A stretch of 56,483 bases of DNA from a virus (lineage: Duplodnaviria > Caudoviricetes): IMG/VR virus record IMGVR_UViG_3300047388_000152, positions 1-56,483 of that record, one strand, 5' to 3'. A program made the position numbers and the translations under genes. The notes below the pieces were generated by a model that ran no database searches, had not been told where the DNA came from, and worked only from the letters and a program-made list of their open reading frames with translations. This document shows, piece after piece, positions 55,288-56,483 of the stretch. The number at the start of each line of letters is the position of its first letter. Position 1 is the first letter of the stretch.

Positions 55288-56390
55288 TAGAACGGGTTAC
55301 TTCCTTCTTCGTCCGGTAAAGGCCCGTTGTGCTGGAAGCAAGCACTCTCTCCGGGTTTCAATTCACGTTGACATTCACCCTTTGCAGTCTTTGCTCCGCA
55401 AAGTCTTACTTCCGGCTCAGACTCTTGAGATGCGAGTGTTTCAGACTCAACTGACTTTGTGACAGTGCTTGACTCGGCCTGTTTGATTTGTAGTTCCAAG
55501 GCTAGTCTTTCATTCTCCAACCTCAATTTCTCCAGTTCAAACGCCTGCGTACTAGCACCAGACTGAGCTTGACGGTCTGCCCTCATCTCTCTCACGAGTT
55601 CTGCGGTAGAGTTAGCCTCACCAGCGAGAAGTTCGCCTTTACGCTTGTACTCTATCTGTGGCAGTAGATGCTCTGAGATAGGACTGTGGGGTGCCGTTAC
55701 GCCGTTTTTTGCAGCGTCTTGCTTTACGATGTCGTCTTTCTCGACAATCTCAAGGGCACTCATACGGAATATGGTGCAGGATTGGAGCATATCCGCTCCA
55801 ATCGACTGATACTGAGCACGTTTGCCGTCTGTCCAAGGCTGATTAGCAATGTCTGCTATCCTCTCTCGGATACTCGCCTCTAGTTCCCTAATAGTTGGAG
55901 GGAGACTGTCGGCACCTACACGAATCTCATTCCAGTTTGGAAAGAAAAAGTTCTGTGCTTCGTCTATCTCTGATGCTGATGCACCTTTAAGAGCCTGTAT
56001 CTCAATAACTCCACCAACCCCGTGTGGTTGTGAGCGTTCGATGATACGGCGAATCTCATCCCCCGGCAGTGTTTCGGCATATCTCGTGTCTGTATGTCTC
56101 TCCTGCTTGAACACTCCTTCACGAATAGATGCCGCATTAGAACCTAGGAATCCTGACACAGTGGATTGCTGAGATTTGCCATCTCCACCAACGGACTCAC
56201 TGATAAACGCTTGCGGATAGTGCTTACGTTCTCCGGGTGGGAGCATTACTTCCCACTCAGGTTTCATCGACGGCTGCATAGAAGTGAACTGACAACGATG
56301 TATCATCCCCTTTGAACCGTGATTATCACCATTCTTGGGAAGAGTTCTCATCTGTGGCAGATAGATGCCCTCACCCTTTACATTGGGCAT
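55287..56390 (-). CDS. Hypothetical protein with coiled coil and C-terminal Cys/His motif
   Basis: CGAKTAKGEC...CFQH. Confidence 0.7.
   Translation of the reverse strand: MPNVKGEGIYLPQMRTLPKNGDNHGSKGMIHRCQFTSMQPSMKPEWEVMLPPGERKHYPQAFISESVGGDGKSQQSTVSGFLGSNAASIREGVFKQERHTDTRYAETLPGDEIRRIIERSQPHGVGGVIEIQALKGASASEIDEAQNFFFPNWNEIRVGADSLPPTIRELEASIRERIADIANQPWTDGKRAQYQSIGADMLQSCTIFRMSALEIVEKDDIVKQDAAKNGVTAPHSPISEHLLPQIEYKRKGELLAGEANSTAELVREMRADRQAQSGASTQAFELEKLRLENERLALELQIKQAESSTVTKSVESETLASQESEPEVRLCGAKTAKGECQRELKPGESACFQHNGPLPDEEGSNPF
55450..55474 (-). repeat. Bipartite motif copy 9
   Basis: Reverse complement AGTCAAGCA-CTGTCA-CAA-AGTCAG-T, encoding ESSTVTKSV. Confidence 0.75.
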
Positions 56391-56483
56391 CTCGAACTTC
56401 TCTCTGGACGGAATAGCGTCCCCAGCAAAGAAGATTACTCTCTTTGTTTTCTTCTCCAGCGCCTCAAGATTAGCTATTGGTTG

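Noticed and set aside
131-55474. Bipartite motif as a CRISPR repeat, or its GTCAA arm as a reverse -35 box
   Set aside because: Copies are kilobases apart with no spacer array, and no -10 element was found 17 nt from the TTGAC in the four + strand copies checked.
1-56483. Integrase, terminase, portal, major capsid and tRNA genes
   Set aside because: None recognisable in this window; they are probably outside it, so lifestyle and host cannot be fixed from this sequence alone.

Overview
A 56.5-kb segment of a tailed dsDNA phage or prophage genome, probably podovirus-like. The left arm (+ strand, about 0.1-27.7 kb) holds early and replication genes: a MoxR AAA+/VWA pair, two ParB-like proteins, a Holliday-junction resolvase, a miniature TrpRS, a replication initiator, a DnaB helicase with a class 3 intein, and many small paralogous ORFs. 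The right arm (- strand, about 27.7-56.4 kb) holds virion and lysis genes: tail/adaptor proteins, tail fibres and spike, large ejection proteins with a transglycosylase-like domain, lysozyme and membrane proteins. About 10 free-standing HNH/GIY-YIG genes are present, and an IS1595 carrying a passenger gene interrupts one phage ORF. The main unexplained signals are: (1) a three-copy, promoter-driven, covarying pseudoknot/terminator RNA; (2) a bipartite ~26-bp motif in 9 copies whose strand flips across the replication module; (3) homing-endonuclease cassettes that appear to replace the 3' end of the host gene and leave an orphaned tail downstream; (4) a 219-aa minimal TrpRS; (5) a ~11-member family of divergent small paralogues; (6) an in-frame 25-bp repeat shared by two tail proteins; (7) strong GATC avoidance that marks recent imports. 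All calls were made by eye, with no database searches.
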